A DNA stretch of 64,000 bases, from the NCBI GenBank assembly GCA_964035545.1, contig OZ037767.1, forward strand, positions 15,194,998 to 15,258,997. Direction: 5' to 3'. Below, in pieces: positions 25,201 through 40,900 of this stretch; position 1 is the stretch's first letter, and each line of letters begins with the position of its first letter. The notes under the pieces were generated by a model. The model searched no databases and had not been told where the DNA came from. It was given only the letters and a program-made list of their open reading frames with translations. The stretch is from Bugula neritina (taxonomy: Eukaryota; Animalia; Bryozoa). The translations under genes and the position numbers were made by a program.

Positions 25201-28200
25201 TTTATAGTCCCAACTGTTTCAAAACATTCATTCATCGTAATGCAGTTTCCATTCAGCTAATGAGTTTTAAGTTTGCCATAATTCAAATTTGTCAGATGTA
25301 ATGGCTTATAAAAGCAATGCTTTATTTGGTCATAACTGTTAAGTGAAGCTGTTGAGTTAACTGTTATAACTGGACTGGTAAAGTAGCATTGCTAATCAAC
25401 TTCATGCTAGGGGTGTGTAAATAGTATCCACAAAATACTGTGATTGCTATTTTTTGGCATTCCTTGAACCCAATGTGCATTTGTTATGTCTGAAAAAGCT
25501 ATGGGCAGAGCGACAGACAAGTAATGAAAATCAGTGATTGTGTCGTAAGTGGTGGTATTTATTAAGGGATGGTATTCACTTGTAACTTTAAGACAAGATC
25601 AAATGCTGTATTTCAGGTGACCATTACAGCTTAATTAGTCACAATGTTACTCACTTTGTAAATCTTAATAGTGACCACGTATTCATCTCCAGCCATTGTT
25701 ATATAATGCCTTAAATACTGTATCTCCGCTGTGAGGCGGTTCAAAATGACATTTCTGAGACTTGTTAGTTGCCCAATTTCATGGACCAGTCATTTGCATG
25801 GGCAAGATTTCAAGTGTGTGCCTGTTTGTATACTAGTGTTCATTTTCTCTGGCCCATAGAGAGCAATTCATGTGGGTAAAGTTTATGCTTCTAACATTTT
25901 TGATTGTTGGAGTATTTAGGCTTTACAGCTATGAGCTGTTTTAAATCTGTCTCACTACAAACTGGTCAGGTGCTTATGGTTTCTTGCTGTAAGCATTATT
26001 AAACCTAGATATATCTCAACTCTCAACAATCGTGCCTACCTGTACAATACACAGCTGTTGGTTTTGAAAAACCCAGATGTATGTGAGTCATTTACCAGTA
26101 GTGCATTTGCACATAGAATTCTTGAGGTTTTTAAAGTCCAAGTAAGTGCCCGTTTTCGACCTACTGGTGTTGAGCTTCAGGTACATGGACATCAGCAATA
26201 GTTTACCACCTCTGTTATGCAACAATTTATGTTAGGAGTTAATCATATATATTTACTTTCCAGCTGCATTGCCTAAAGTTTTTTATCATTCCGCTGTACA
26301 AGTTATGGTATTGGTAAGCTGCAGAATAAGGCCGTCTAAAAGAAGTGCATATAAAAACTGTACACGGTATTTTACTAAAGCTAAATCATTGAATGATTGC
26401 TAGTTATTTTCTATGAGTGAAGGAGGGAGTTTATTATCTGCAGAAAATTGAATAAGTTTATAGGAGTATATTAGTAGTAAAACTAGGATGTAGACTTGCT
26501 ATTACAAGCTAAAATATATACAGCAGAGAGGGTTGGTAGTTCCCATGGCTTACATGCCATAAAATCCTTGCTGAATAGCTTATTTACTATTGTGAACAAA
26601 AGGTCTGTAAACAGAATGTTAGTATAATACTACCCTGTAGCTTGCTCCATGTAAATGTAAACAGAGTGTACACTATTTAGGCAATCAGATGTACCATGTA
26701 TTAGAAGACCATTCAAAAACCCAGCCAATCAGAGTTCTGTACCAAAATCTGGTGGCTCATTACTAGCTGGCATATTGGGAAACAATAGTCATTCATACTA
26801 GTATAATAGTGAACAAATAAAGCTAAGAGTTATGTAACAACTGGCCTTAAAGGATTGCTCAATCTTAGTTTATTACAATCACATTATAATTATGAACTAT
26901 AATCTCATGTGTATGCAAACAATTGTGACTTTGCAAAGGGATATGTGCCTAGAAAACAGCTTTTCAGAATTCAAATTTTGAGGGAGGTAAAATTTTCAGC
27001 CATGAAAAAGAATAGCCTAATACGTGACGTGTGAACGCCAGTAACTATGCTGCACGTGCTAACTATACGCTAGTATTCAAGGTTGCTGAGCACAACATCA
27101 ACCAATAACGCTCAAGCAGTTACAGTGCGCTATATAGGTCAGCTTTGGTGTGCCTGTAACATTGCACAATCTGACCTAGTTTAGATCGATCGCAGGCATT
27201 CATCCTAAAGAATGCATGTTTTTGCAATGCTTTTTTCTAATGTTTACAAGCAAAGTATGGTCTAATGTTATCACATAAATAAGACATTTAAAAAGTAGTT
27301 TTTGCTTTAATTTATTTATACACATAAAATAATTTTAGTTTTATGCCTTTAGGGGCCAAATAAATGTAGGCTCGGAGCCCTGGGGCGATGCAGCTGTCAG
27401 ACAGTATAGTAAAATAAACATTTTCACTCTACAAGACCCATACCAGTTGAATTCTGCTAACTAACTGAAGATGAATGTGATCCAACAACTACTGAATGTA
27501 CTTTATAGCAAGATAGAACACAAACTGTTGTATGCTGGAAAGGCATTTATACTATTCAGCTGCCCAGTCAACCAACTTCACAATGCCTTTCATATGTAAC
27601 ACATTTTTTCACACTATATATGCCCACTGTAGTTTTAATTATATACATTTTCTTTCAGACTGATCCTACAATAATCTTCAACTTCTTCACGTTAAGGAAG
27701 TGAAAACAAAATTTTGGAAAAACTATAAAACCATACATGTACAATTGATTTCAAATTTTCCATTTCCCTCAGGCTTCCTCCAAAGGCTACAAAGCAAGCT
27801 GATTGAACATTGCTTAACAGTCTCATGATTTAATACATCGATTGCCTTTTTAGATAATCTGTTGGAAGACTCTGCTGTGCCTATTCCTGTAGCTAACCCG
27901 TTTCAAGAGCCGTTGAGTGGTTAGTATTTAGGCTGGGAAATATACACATAGTGGCAAAGCTATTTTGTTTTAAATGATATTTAGTAATTGAAACAAAAAA
28001 TTTTGCAAAATACTTTCTGACATATATATGTGCTCTGGATGATTTATTATTATAGCAGGTATAAGAAGCCCCTCTGCTTGATTACAAGACTTCTTGTGCA
28101 TCAGCAATCAAATAATTTCCTTCCTAATTATTTCTTAGTTATATAACATTCACACTGCTATATATACTTGTTTACCAGCACTTTATATTAATTCACAGCT

Positions 28201-28522
28201 TAGATTTGATTTTAAATGGTGAAAGTGCCAATTATGTGTATATACCATAGCGTGTCATTTCAAAGCATAGTTCTTCTGAAAATAATAAAAGTTGCTTTAC
28301 TTGCAAGCTGGTGCAGCCAATGATGTGAGTCAGATGCCGCCAACTGTTCTGCCAACTTGTACCTCAGTAGAACAGAGATCCTGTCAATCAGAGGCAGCCA
28401 TTCAGTAAGTTGCTCATCTGAATATATACAGATAAAACTTTTATTCAGGCTTTCTCTTCAAAGTTATTTATTTTACACTTCATGCACTTAACCATATTCA
28501 GATATACAAACAAATTAATACT

Positions 28523-28582
28523 GCATTCATTGTATGGGGCATTCATTGTATGGGGCATTCATTGTATGGGGCATTCATTGTG
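28523..28582. repeat. 16-bp tandem repeat x3.7 (GCATTCATTGTATGGG)
   Basis: Units start at 28523, 28539, 28555 and 28571. Confidence 0.95.
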
Positions 28583-28595
28583 TATACCACATATA

Positions 28596-28840
<245 letters not shown>

Positions 28841-28844
28841 TCAG

Positions 28845-31800
28845 CTGTCTCTTGAACTGTTTGTAAAATATTTGTATGGGCTGTTTTAGATTCCTTCTCA
28901 AGTTGTATGAGAAAGGGGACGCCACCTGCACTCAAATACAACAAATAGTTGAATCATCTGAAGCTTTGTTGCAGATGACAACAGCCTCTATTTGTAGAGA
29001 TGTAAATGATTTAATTAGGGAAATTGGCACTAACCACACTGAAAAGGTCACTACTTTGAATGAGACACTCCATAGCACTGCACTGACATTTGAAGGTTCA
29101 GAGACAGATTTTAAAAGGATTGTCGAGTTTAAAAAGCGAGGCTTGATCATGCCACAGAGGTACCTGGTAGGTAGTAGAGAAGATTCTTCGAAAGATGGCA
29201 CTAAAATTCAAACTCCGTGCTACGCCCAGTATGTGCCTCTCATTCAAACCCTTTCTAAGTTAAAAGGTACATCACCAATTCCTACAGTTGATGGCGATAT
29301 AATAGGTTGGTAGTCTCTATAAGAGTTCTAACTTTCTTCAACAACATTCAGATGCCCTTCAACTGGCTCTATACAATGATGACATAGAGCTGGCAAACCC
29401 TTTAGGTTCGAAAGCTGGTATTCATAAGCTTTCCATGTTTTATGTCTCTGTCAAGGGTAGAACTCCTTCTTAGTTGAAAGATATTCATCTTGTCATAGCT
29501 GCTTACACATCTGATCTCAAAGAATTTGGTTATTCAAAAATTTTGAAACCTCTCTTTACAGACTTACAGAAGCTAGAGCAAGGTGTTCAAGTAAGCTCTG
29601 GTGATTCAGGTACAAGGACTATTCAAGCGGTGCTCGTCCAGCTTATAGGTGACAATCTGGCGGCTAACCAATTACTAGGCTTTGTAGCCAGCTTTTCCGC
29701 TCAGCACTATTGCAGATTCTGCTATATGGCTCTTGATCAAGCAAAACATGCCGTGGAAAGCTCAAAAGATTTGCTGAGAAGTCAGGAACAACACTGTGCT
29801 GATGTGGCTGCAGTGGAGCAGGACGTTGATAATTATAAACACACTGGAGTTAAGCGATCTCTAATTCTTGACCAGCTGCAGAATTTCTCATCAATAGAAA
29901 GTACAGTGCCTGACTGCATGCACGATTTCCTAGAAGAAGTTTGTAAAACTGAACTGTCACTTATTCTAACTGCTCTGGCTAAGGAGAAGCTGCTTTCTCT
30001 TGAAATGCTAAATTCACGGATTAAATTATACAATTATGGGTGAGATATCTCAGCTAGGTGTATAAATAGAAGAGAGAGCATTTTTTTATATAAGATGAGA
30101 ATGGGATATAGATCATAGGTTTCAGTGCTCAATTGTTTGAGTTATAAAAAAAAACTCTTAGCTGAATGGAAACTGCTCAAAATTGCACGTTGATATTTTA
30201 TGCACTTTTACTAATGTTGAGCTTTATGTAATAGGACGCAGTTAGAGTATATGGGCTGGCTATGTAATGTTAGGTGCATCATGTGTGTTGTAAGTTGGGT
30301 GTTGTAAGTTGGGTGTTGAAGGTGATGTTAGAAATTGAAAATAGAAGTATATAGTTGAAGTTTAGGCTCGCTGCTATAGGATAGGCTATAATTATAGATG
30401 AGTTTTGGGTTTAAGTTTTGTAGAGAGGAATATATTTCTACAAAAAACTAGGGATGGTTTGAGCTAGTAGAATGTTATAATTATATGTAGTTTTGGTTGC
30501 TTTCTTATCAGAAAAACTTGTTAGCACCATGCAAATGATTTTATTGTAAATTGTTTCTTTTAAAGTTGAAACTATTGACATTTTCTGAATTATTTTGTAC
30601 TATTTGTGCAAATCATCTGACCTTTCTAACAAGCCTATGACAATACTGTCTCTGGACAAAATCAAGCAGACAGTAGTAGCAACTTGGTGTTTATAAGACT
30701 GTTGCCATTTTTTGTTGGACACCTAGTTCCTGAAGAAAACAAGTATTGGCAACTATATCTCTTACTCCGAGATGTCATGGATTTGATTCTTGCACAAACT
30801 CTGACAATAGAGAGTACATATGCCATGGAAGCTACCATTGCACTCCATCATTCAGTTTTTCTTGAGATGAGGCTTCAGTTGTGCACATGAATGCATACTA
30901 AGGATTGATTAACAAATTTGCACCACTTCCATATATATATAAAGATGTGTAGAATATAAGTACTGAGCTTTTTGTTGTTGTTTAAAGCTGAAAATTTATT
31001 GATTATTGGTTTGCAGACTTTTCCAGAAAGAAATCTTTCTCCAAAACACCATTTTATGACACACTACAGATTGAGAAGCGGTCAGAAAGCATGGCCCATT
31101 GATCACATATTGGTGTATGCGCTATGAGGGAAAGCACAGGATGGCTAAATCGGTTGCTGCTACATCATGTATGCAATAAATAATATTTATTTGTTAAGCA
31201 CAATATAAATAGTGTGTGGCTTGTTAGTCATAAACTGGTGATGTTGTCGCATTCTCTTGTGTTCTATGAAAAGAATACTCTTTGACTTTTACTTAGTTTT
31301 GCAGAAGTCATGTGTGAAGCTCATGTTAAAATGTTTTTGGGTTCTTTTTGTGCAACTTAGTTTATTTTATAGTCTATACACAAATAGTTCTTGCCATAAG
31401 AAAAGCAGGGCTACATGACCACACTCCCACTTATAAAAAAGTTTAAATTGTTGTTCTTTTAAAGTAAAAGAAAGCTGATGCAACTCATAATCAAGAGAGG
31501 ATAACTCTAGGATATAACACTGATGGTGATCATATAAATTGAAAAAAGCTTTTGTGCAAGATGAAATATATTTTTTATGGACACATTGAAAAAACTTGGG
31601 CATATTGATGTGCTTTCCCCCACCTGATACAATAAATTTTATTGTCAAGTTCAATGGGTGGTGATATGCTTATGTGCTGAAAATGAAGTGACTTACTATA
31701 TTGCATGACCTGGTTTGATTTTATGCTCCCAGCAGCATGTGTTTCTAACACAGTTGAATAAATCGATCAAGTTAATGTCTTTGAGCAGTCGTCTAATAGT

Positions 31801-32441
31801 TTAGGCTTGTTATAGACCATGGAATTATAACACACTATACTACCTATAATATAAAGGGATAAAGCCTATCTAGTATCTAGTGAGGATTGCAAATGCACTC
31901 TCGTCTTTTTTTTACCATGCAAGTGCAGTTTTTTCAGAACTTGCATTATTTTGCATTTCTTGAACTATTGGGTCATCTCATCAGGGTGCATGATGCTAGG
32001 AGGATTTGCTAAATATTTACTAATATTGAGTTATTGATTTACTTTATTTGCAGGTAATTACCGAAATGTTGCCAAGACTGTAGTCAAGCGCTATCAGCTC
32101 CAGGCATTTGCAAAGGCTCATCTTTCTGATTATTCTAATGATAGTCGCCCTCCACGTAAAAGGGGGATGTCATCTTCATTGAAAACTCTAGAGGAGAGCC
32201 TTTATTTTGGTTATTGAAAAACTTCACCGAGCCTAGCATGTGTTTGGTTCAAATGCTGGACACTATAAATAACAGTCACTATCATGCCTATGTTTTAATT
32301 GAACATTTAGATGAAACAAGGTTAATATGCATCACTGATATTTCGATGCATGAACCATTGCAAATTCAAAAATCTTATGGGGGCAAACATTTTGTTTGTC
32401 CCAAAGGTGTACTTTGCTATAAGGTGTTATATTCTCTATAA
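28845..32441 (+). pseudogene. EnSpm/CMC-type DDE transposase, spliced and disrupted
   Basis: Motifs: LALYNDDIELANPLGSKAGIHKL; IHLV; GDNLAANQLLGFVASFS..YCRFC; TGVK; VPDCMHDFLE; LNSRIKLYNYG..SNKP; WCFIRLLPFFVG; FPERNLSPKHHFMTHY; YWCMRYEGKH; NYRNVAKTVVKRYQ. Frameshift near 29310 and stop near 29471. Confidence 0.85.
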
Positions 32442-32885
32442 TTTAAGCTTAGATATTAACTGCATCAACTTCATCAGAAAGCAAAATAATAAACAAAGCC
32501 ACTTCTATTCTATTTTATGCAGGTATATATGTATACTTATGCATATTTTGTAATTCAATAATTTATGGGATTTAATGCATAAAATAGAATGAAAGTTAGT
32601 TAATATTATAATATGCTTAGATGAAATTAATGTAAGCTTACTGTAAAATTAAATCAGTCAACCGAAGTTGTCTCATTCTTGTGAGGGGAAAATTTCTAAT
32701 GTGATGGATGGAGCCTCTCTCAACTCTGCTTTATCTCATACAGGCAATAATAGCTAATAATGTATTTACTTTATAGAGTGGCCATGGTGTCAAGTATAAT
32801 CTATATAGTAATCATTGACTGCTGTGTGTTTAAAATCTTGCTCAAAACTGTATGTAAAACTGTTTATTATAAGTAAATATTTTTG

Positions 32886-32887
<2 letters not shown>

Positions 32888-32961
<74 letters not shown>
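32888..32961. repeat. (TA)n microsatellite
   Basis: Pure TA run. Confidence 0.97.
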
Positions 32962-32966
<5 letters not shown>

Positions 32967-34412
32967 AGGAAAAGAGCAATTTAATTATATAGATGTTGTT
33001 TTATTGTGCTACTAATAGTTTCATGCCTCTTCGGCACTCCCCAGGCACAATATTGACGAATTTAAATTTTTACATATATATATATATAGAGGAGCATTTG
33101 TCAAAAAAATTAGTAAACTCCTATACACATGTCAAGAAGAAAACTCTAAATGATACTTTATATTACAAGCATGGCATATCTACAACCCACATTATACTTT
33201 ACCATTTTAACTGACTGCTAGTTTTTTTTGTCAAGCCGCAGAAAAGCAAATCAGTTGTGTTTTGGGTTGCAAGTTCAAAGTAAAATTTTGTGTTGTATGC
33301 TATTAGAAAAATTTCCCATCATGATTCTCTTAGTCAATAATTTATGAAGGGCTTTAAGGCTTGCTGGAACAATAACTTATCATTTCAGCTGCAATAAAAA
33401 CAAATCAATGTGCTGAATAAAATAACTGTAGTTGTGACCACTTTTATGACTTTCACTGATACTCGGTAATGGCCAGAGCTGCACTACAGACTATTCAATT
33501 TGGCTATAAGAGATAGTGCAGTCTGGAACACAATGTAGGGTTCAAGGACCACCACTTTATTGTTCACCTTACCCTAACTACTAATAGAGCTTTGTGACCA
33601 TCATTAGTGCACATATGAACGAATATTGTTGTTAGGCGAACAACTGTCAATGGTTCCATAACTCTTATGTAAACAAAATTTTGCTTGAACATATTTAAAT
33701 GTAGCATTGATCTCACTTTCTGCTCCCACCAACTACTGTTTAGCTTCATTCAGACCTAGGGATGATGATTACGTAATACTTGGGAAAAGTAGTGTTGACT
33801 TAACAACTAAATGGTTTCAGAGCTACTACAAAATGTTTTTCAGCTTATGCTAATCGGATTAATTTTCAATTCATTCCATCAAAATAAGTGGATGTCTAAC
33901 AACTATTAGAGGTGTGGCAGAGGCTATGCAGACGATAAAAGGCTCTTTGAACAACTTAAGTGCATGCTGTGCATTAATATTTCTCTCTGTGTAAGGAACT
34001 ATATATAGTATGATATATAGGTGCATTGTTAAACCAAAGGTGCTTCATTGTTACTCAAACAAATTTATTTCTATTTTTTAATGAAAATGATCAATAGAAA
34101 ATATTCAAATAGTTTACAAAAAGCAGCAAAGCTCAGAATAATATTTATATTCTATGCCAGATCCATTACATAATACTGTTTAATAAATATGCATATTGTA
34201 TGTCAAGTGTTGGTTACCAATATATATGGAATACAAAATCAGATTTATATATCATAGGCCTATAGCTAAATATTTAGAGTTATACACAGTTAGCTCAAAT
34301 GTATATAAAGAGATATTACAGAAGAATAAAATGAAACTTTGGTTTAAAGAGATTAAAAAGAACATTTCAATATATATTACTGTAAAAATTAGGTTCAAAT
34401 CTTAAATAAATT

Positions 34413-37400
34413 CTAAATGAGCCAATAGCAAGTGGAACTTGAAGAATTTTCAAACACAACTGAAACCTCATTATGAATATAACATTTAGCTGTAGAGGTT
34501 ATTGAAAATGCTCCGCAATTTTCATATTGCACACTGCAAGCGTAGGCACATGATTCTATTGAGAGCTGTTTGAAAACCCCAACAGATTTATTGCTGCACA
34601 TGCCATCAGATAACGCTGAGAATCTTTTATGCTTTGGATGACTCATGTAGTAAAAAGTTTGAGAAGTTTTGCTGTAGACAATGAAATTATTCTCAGTTGA
34701 TGTGGCGGATATGAGGTCAAGGTCAGTGTTCAGACCAGTCACCACAACATCTACTAATCCAACATGGCCGCTACTCACTTTAAATCTCTTCAGTTTTCCT
34801 TTGTTTACAAACAGCTGTTGTCCATCCACAACAATAGGTATGCAATTGTTGCTGCACTCAAAGCTAACAGTATGGTGTGTCTGTGGACTAGAGATTTAGC
34901 TTCACAGGTTTTAATTTCGCTTGTAAGTGAAACAACTCCAAATGATTGGACTGTTGGATAATGAAAGTTGTTGGAAAAACTAGTTACAAAACCAAACTGA
35001 AGACCGTAGTAGCCATGTATAATAAAATATGAGGGATAGATGTTTAAAATTACGGAGTAGACATTATTGTTCTTCACACAATTTATGATTAGCAGTGTGA
35101 CGTCTGCAAAGTATGAAATTGCAAGGTGAGTTGGTGAATCAAGTCTAATGTCAGAGATTCGAGAGTATGTTTGGTATGCAATGAGAGTACCCGCTTCACC
35201 GCATTGACCAATCATAGCATAGTTTACATTTAGTAGGTCATCAAGATTTACTGCTTTTATACAGTGCTCTGATTGGTCGGCTACAAAAATAAACTGTTTC
35301 TTGTGAGATTGTAAAAGGTTGAATTTTGAGAGGTTGGCAAATATAATATGACTAATTAAGGTGAATGTGTAGGAATTTTGCAAATAAGCACAACCTTGTA
35401 GCTGCACACCAGCTACTACTGTACAGTCTCCATGGTGATTGATCTCTACAAGTTGTTTTGATGTAGCTGCTATTATTTTAGTAGAATCAGTTGGATGTTC
35501 AATAAAGGATATGATGTAATGGTTAGTCATTTTCTTGACCTCAATGTGACTAGTGGCCTGGTAAGGAGTGTTGATTGGACCGTCTGCTGAATCAATTATT
35601 AACCTTTGACCTACAAATAGGTACACATTGTATAAAACTCAGGTAGATTTTATATATCTGTAAGAACTACTGATGGAAAGGTTTTTTAAACGGACTAAAT
35701 ATTTGCTTTTTATAATCAGGGCACAAGGGCAATTATGACTAACATATTACCAATACGGCATTTATAACAGAAAATTGCTGTTTAACTCATATATAATATA
35801 GTAAAACATCCATTCAACAATTTTAGCAATTTATGAAACTGTTCATGTAAAAACCAAATTGAAGAATTTTATCCAGTATTGCTGTAATTCTCCAAAAGTT
35901 TTGTTAGTTTGTTGAAACTTCATCTTTTTGAATACCTTTATAATACTTTAAACAGACATTATATATGACTTGAATATTGATTAGCGCTACATGAATTAGC
36001 TTAGGGCTTGTTTGACAAAGATCAAATTCAATAATTAAATTATAATTATGTGTTAAATATTGGACTATGGTATGTTCAAATTTGTTTTATTATTCTAAAA
36101 CTTGTTTGATTTCATGCAAGTCCAACATTCTGGCCTCTAATGTAAATGAACAATTTTTATCATATCAACAAAGCGCTTATATAATGCAATAACTACATTC
36201 TTAGCAAAATGGCAACTTTCGAACGTGAGAAAATGAGTTTATTTGATTTTTAAAAAACTGTAACAATAAACATTTCCTTGATAGCACTTTTGCAATATAG
36301 AATATTTAATTTAAATTGCGGTACCTTATATGGACTGCGGTAGGTATTGTATGAGTTAAGTTTTTTTTATACTTTAACAATTTCTAGTCAGAAATTCAAT
36401 GTTGCAGAGTTAAAATTTCTTCAAGTTGCATTGCGTTATGAAAGTCACTCGTAAAAAAACTTAATCGGCCGAGTTCAAAATAACAATCAAAAGGAGCAAT
36501 AACTTTTTGTAAACATCATTATTTAGTTATGACTTGAGCGACTATAGATGACATTCTAATATGTTTATAAATATATTGCCAACGCTTTCCCAATTATCAC
36601 TTTTATGCTGTCAGCTTTGTTAGTTCAGGACGTTTTCAAAGGAAGTGAAATAGCAACTTTCTTCTATAATATTATAGTAACATGCTCTGATTACAAGTCT
36701 ATGATCTAAACTGCGAAATGTTATGGTTACACAGATTGTGAATTTAAGTTGCATGGCAGGAACAAATATATAACAACTTTTAGAATATATGCTTGTCTAT
36801 TAATACTGGTCTTATAAAACACCAGTCTTATATTACTGGTCTTATAAAACACCAGTCTTATATTAATTACTGGTCTCATAAAGCTGGTCCTATTAAACTC
36901 CTCCTTTATTACTAGTCCTATAATATAATACCGGTCTTCTTAAAATGAGCTGGTCCATAATACTGGTCCTATAATATATACTGATCCTACATTACCAGCT
37001 ATAGGCCTATAGTAAACTAGTCCTATATTACTTATATAGTCCTACATTACTGGTCCTATATAATACAATAAACTGGGCCTATATAATACTAGTCCTATAG
37101 TGTTGGTGCTACAATACTGCATGGTTTTATAATAAGCTGGTCTCATAGTACTGGTTCTATTAAAATGGCTCCATAACATTGGCCCTATCACCCACAATAT
37201 ATCTATAAAAATAATTGATTTATATATTATATATAGCTGAATAATTAGTATATCATAGTTTATTATAAATAGAAACAATAACAATTAATTTGAAGGACAA
37301 CTGTTTATAAACCAATCACATTACCTGGGAAAGTCTTGTAGATACTGTTCCTCCATGTTCCACCACACATTTGACTACTGTTCCCTCTGCATGCTCTACG

Positions 37401-37909
37401 ACACTCAGTTTCCCCTACTTCACCATATTTGCTGTATTCAACACCACAGTAACACTGGTCAGTAGATTGTACTCCTGCATATGGCTGCCCTGAAATTAGT
37501 AATTTGCTAATTGATCTTTATAAATATAACAACACGATAAATCACAAAACACAATTTTTTTATAGTTCAGCTACAATTGGCAGATTCAAACTTATATGCC
37601 TTTGTCGTGTAAAATTGAAGAATACTGAAATCGATGAAAATTAAAAATAAACTTTTTCAAAGAATCAACATTATCATTATCAGGTATAGTAAGTTCTTAC
37701 ACAATATTTTTGGTATACTGCAGTTATTTTTGAAAACAGTTATGAAAAGATTTACCTTGTATAGTGCAGTAGCCAATACAAAGCTCTACGGTCATCAAAT
37801 GAGTTGAAAATCCTATGGGTAACGCTCTGTTCCTAGAGTCCTTGTAACAACCAATCAGCTGGTTGAGAGTGTACACCAGATTCCAACACAGCCACAGTTG
37901 CAGCAGCAC
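34413..37909 (-). CDS. WSC-NHL-PAN family copy B (one frameshift; start codon unresolved)
   Basis: Exons: ~37909-37756 (LLQLWLCWNLV..IGCYKDSRNRALP..MTVELCIGYC|GT); 37489-37325 (GQPYAGVQSTDQCYCG..CGGTWRNSIY); 35610-34413 (VADQSEHCIK, LDSPTHL, ESCAYACS..CGAFS..KCYIH). Adding one T to the T3 run at 34895-34897 joins ORFs 35626..34805 and 34829..34413. Confidence 0.75.
36800..37160. repeat. Degenerate ~16-20 bp minisatellite (TAATACTGGTCCTATA-like) in an intron of copy B
   Basis: More than 12 occurrences of a CTGGTCC/CTAGTCC/CTGGTCT core. Confidence 0.8.
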
Positions 37910-40900
37910 TTAAATTATACAACTAAATTAGTCAATGTTTTATAAAAAAAGTTTGAACTTACCGATGCAAGTATATTTAAAAGAAATAAAATTTAGAATA
38001 AAAAGTTTTGAATAGATAAAATTGAAGCAAAATATAAAAATATAAAATATTCACATTGTGAGTTAAAACATAACTTTTTAGTTTAGATATAAAAACAGAT
38101 ATAATAAACTATATTGAAATTAACCTTTGAAAATTTTTAAAGTTAATGAAAATGTTTTTCGTATTTTAGATCTTACGAAGCTAACTGAAGCAAAGCATAT
38201 CTTACCAAGCCTTAACTGGCAATATTTCATTATTACTATGTCTAGCCAATTCAACCTTTAACCATGCAGTAAATTGGCTTTGAGTTTGTAATAACTTTTA
38301 TTTCTAGATTAGAGATTTATTTTGGAATGCAAAATACTTTAATTAGTTTGCACATATGTAAGATACACAACTTGGTTTGCCTGTGAAATTGTAACACTAC
38401 TCCAACCTCATCCTAAAAAGCCGAGACTATATATTTATTTTATGAATTTATTTTCAAATATAAGGATACAACTTGTTTGGAGAAATAGATCGTATTGTTA
38501 ATGAATCGCAAAGTAAACGGAGAAATCTAATTGATTACAAATCGCAAACATCCCACATCCAATATATACTGCACACTTCCAGCCGCACAATTATAAATTT
38601 TGTAATTAGTTTTAATTTCAACTTTTTGTAGCAAAACAATTTTTTAGAGACATTTTCATGAATTAATAATTTTAGTCGACATGTATAATAATGAATGATA
38701 TATTTTGATGTTTTTAATAACATGTTACTTTATGTAACATTTCAACAACTCGTATACTAGTTTCTGTTGAATACGATCTGTCTATAATTTAGAATGAATC
38801 GGGATAAATTGTGCTTAATTAGATATGCTGTTTTAATATGAAGTTTCTATATTTTTTGCTATAGGTGGTGCTTATAAACAAAACATAATATTATTATGAT
38901 TATCAAAATAATAATTATTATAATGGTGTTATAACATTGACATATAAATTAATATAAATGTTGATTATTTACATTATTTTAGGTTAATGTTTAAACAGAG
39001 ATTACGTAAAGATAATACTTTTATAGTTGTTTTTCATTACTTAGTGTATCTATTATGACAACATGCATTGAAATTATTCGCCCACTCTCAGTTACACAAC
39101 AACTTTATCATAACAGCAGGAGAATCACAATGAAACAAGATACCAACATTTTATCGTCTATTAGCATGAAATATTTGACAAAGTTAAACATTATCTGACA
39201 TTCAAATGTTTACTGTCACTATTAGCATGAATATAGATTTTTCATACTTTTTATGACACTATAATAGCATGAATTATCTTTGTATTCTGTTTATTTATTA
39301 TAAATAATACATATACTTTACCAGTTTTCTATATTCGACAATCTTGCTCTTATAACACACTTTGTGTTACTTAATAATTGCAAAGTAAATATTATAAGTA
39401 TATCTCTTAAGTTGCCGGCACTTTAAACTGTAAGAACAAAATTTTCAACATGGAAATAATAAGGAGAAGTCTATAAATGAAAGTTTTGTTGTATGACGGC
39501 ATTGTTATAGACTCTTTCAATAAGTTTACTTCGTAGATGCAGCTACAACAGTAAGTTAGTAACAAACTTTAATCATTTTATAATAGAACATCATTTTCTT
39601 AAATTACATAATACGAACAGTTTTACTTTTCATGTGGTATATAGCTGATTAAAGGACTACATAGAGCTAACACAGCTTGATTAAGGTCATCCTTCTACTG
39701 AATCAGTAATTTCATTGCTCCATTATAATTATATATGAAACAGTGCCCAACTCATAACTCAATCAATTTTGAGTCTAGAAACAAAATTCAAAAACTATGT
39801 TGTATATCTCTTGCTGCTCTATTGGAACCTTTTTTAAAACTTTCATTTATGTCATCTGTTGCACTTTTATGCCCCAAAAACTACCAAATTTTGCCCATTT
39901 TTGCTCAAAAAAACATGGTCTCAGTGCCCAAAAAATAATTCAATCCCTAATTGATATATCTTTGTGAAAATTGACCTATGGAATGATAAGATATTTGTCT
40001 ATTGGAACCTTTTCAAATTTTCTGCATAGCTTCAATAGAATAAGTGTAAACATGTAATTTATACACTGGTTTTATTAGAAATTTTGCTTCTCACTTAATC
40101 TGCATGCTTGGCTGAACACGGTAGAGCTGCGCTGCATCGTAGCCATCATAATGATTACAGGGAACTCACGCGGCCCATGAGTCATGTTGTGCGCGCTAAA
40201 CCAAAGGGTTAAAGTTCACCTCTGCAGTAAAATAATTAGGTGGTATGAGACTGGTTATTATAATATTATAGTAGCTATAGTAGGTGGAATCTTGGTGATG
40301 GCAATGTTGTTGTACTGCCTATAACAGCTGATACCCTGTACAATGTGTAATCTACTTTGAATCTAGATTAATTAGTTGTACTAAAATGAAGCAATTTCTG
40401 AAGTCTAACTAGGAAGCAGAGCTTCCAAGCTAGTGGCGTTCAAGTGTATACTCTATAGTTTATATCCTATATATTTTTAGTCCAAAACAGCTTGCATGCA
40501 TGAGCGCCCAAGCACCTTATAATGCTAATGAGAGGTAATAGCCACTGAGTTTTATAGCTTTTGTGTGTGATTTCAAAGCACATTATTTTGTGGTTCTGTA
40601 CAGCAATCTAAATTATATTAATAATATATTATTTGTAACCAAGCTTATTGTATTGTTAATGCAAAATATTAAAAAAATTCAGAGTCTACAAAAATTGTTG
40701 GAGGGAATTTTTAATCAATTGAGTTGTAATTGCATAACTTTATTTTAAAAGTAATCTTATTACCAGGTGCATGAGTATACCAAGTATGATGTATGTGCAG
40801 TAGTGATGAGGATATTGATAAATTAGACCCTATGTTGAGATGCAGCAAAAAAAGTTTAGAGAGAATTTCAACCTGTTCTCAAATTAGCATCTTTTGACAA

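Noticed and set aside
24300-26300. Second EnSpm gene or captured exons on either strand
   Set aside because: Only short, stop-interrupted frames; I could not assign homology by eye.
40100-40213. piggyBac-like right end (..AAAGGG TTAA)
   Set aside because: No convincing matching left TIR or transposase found.
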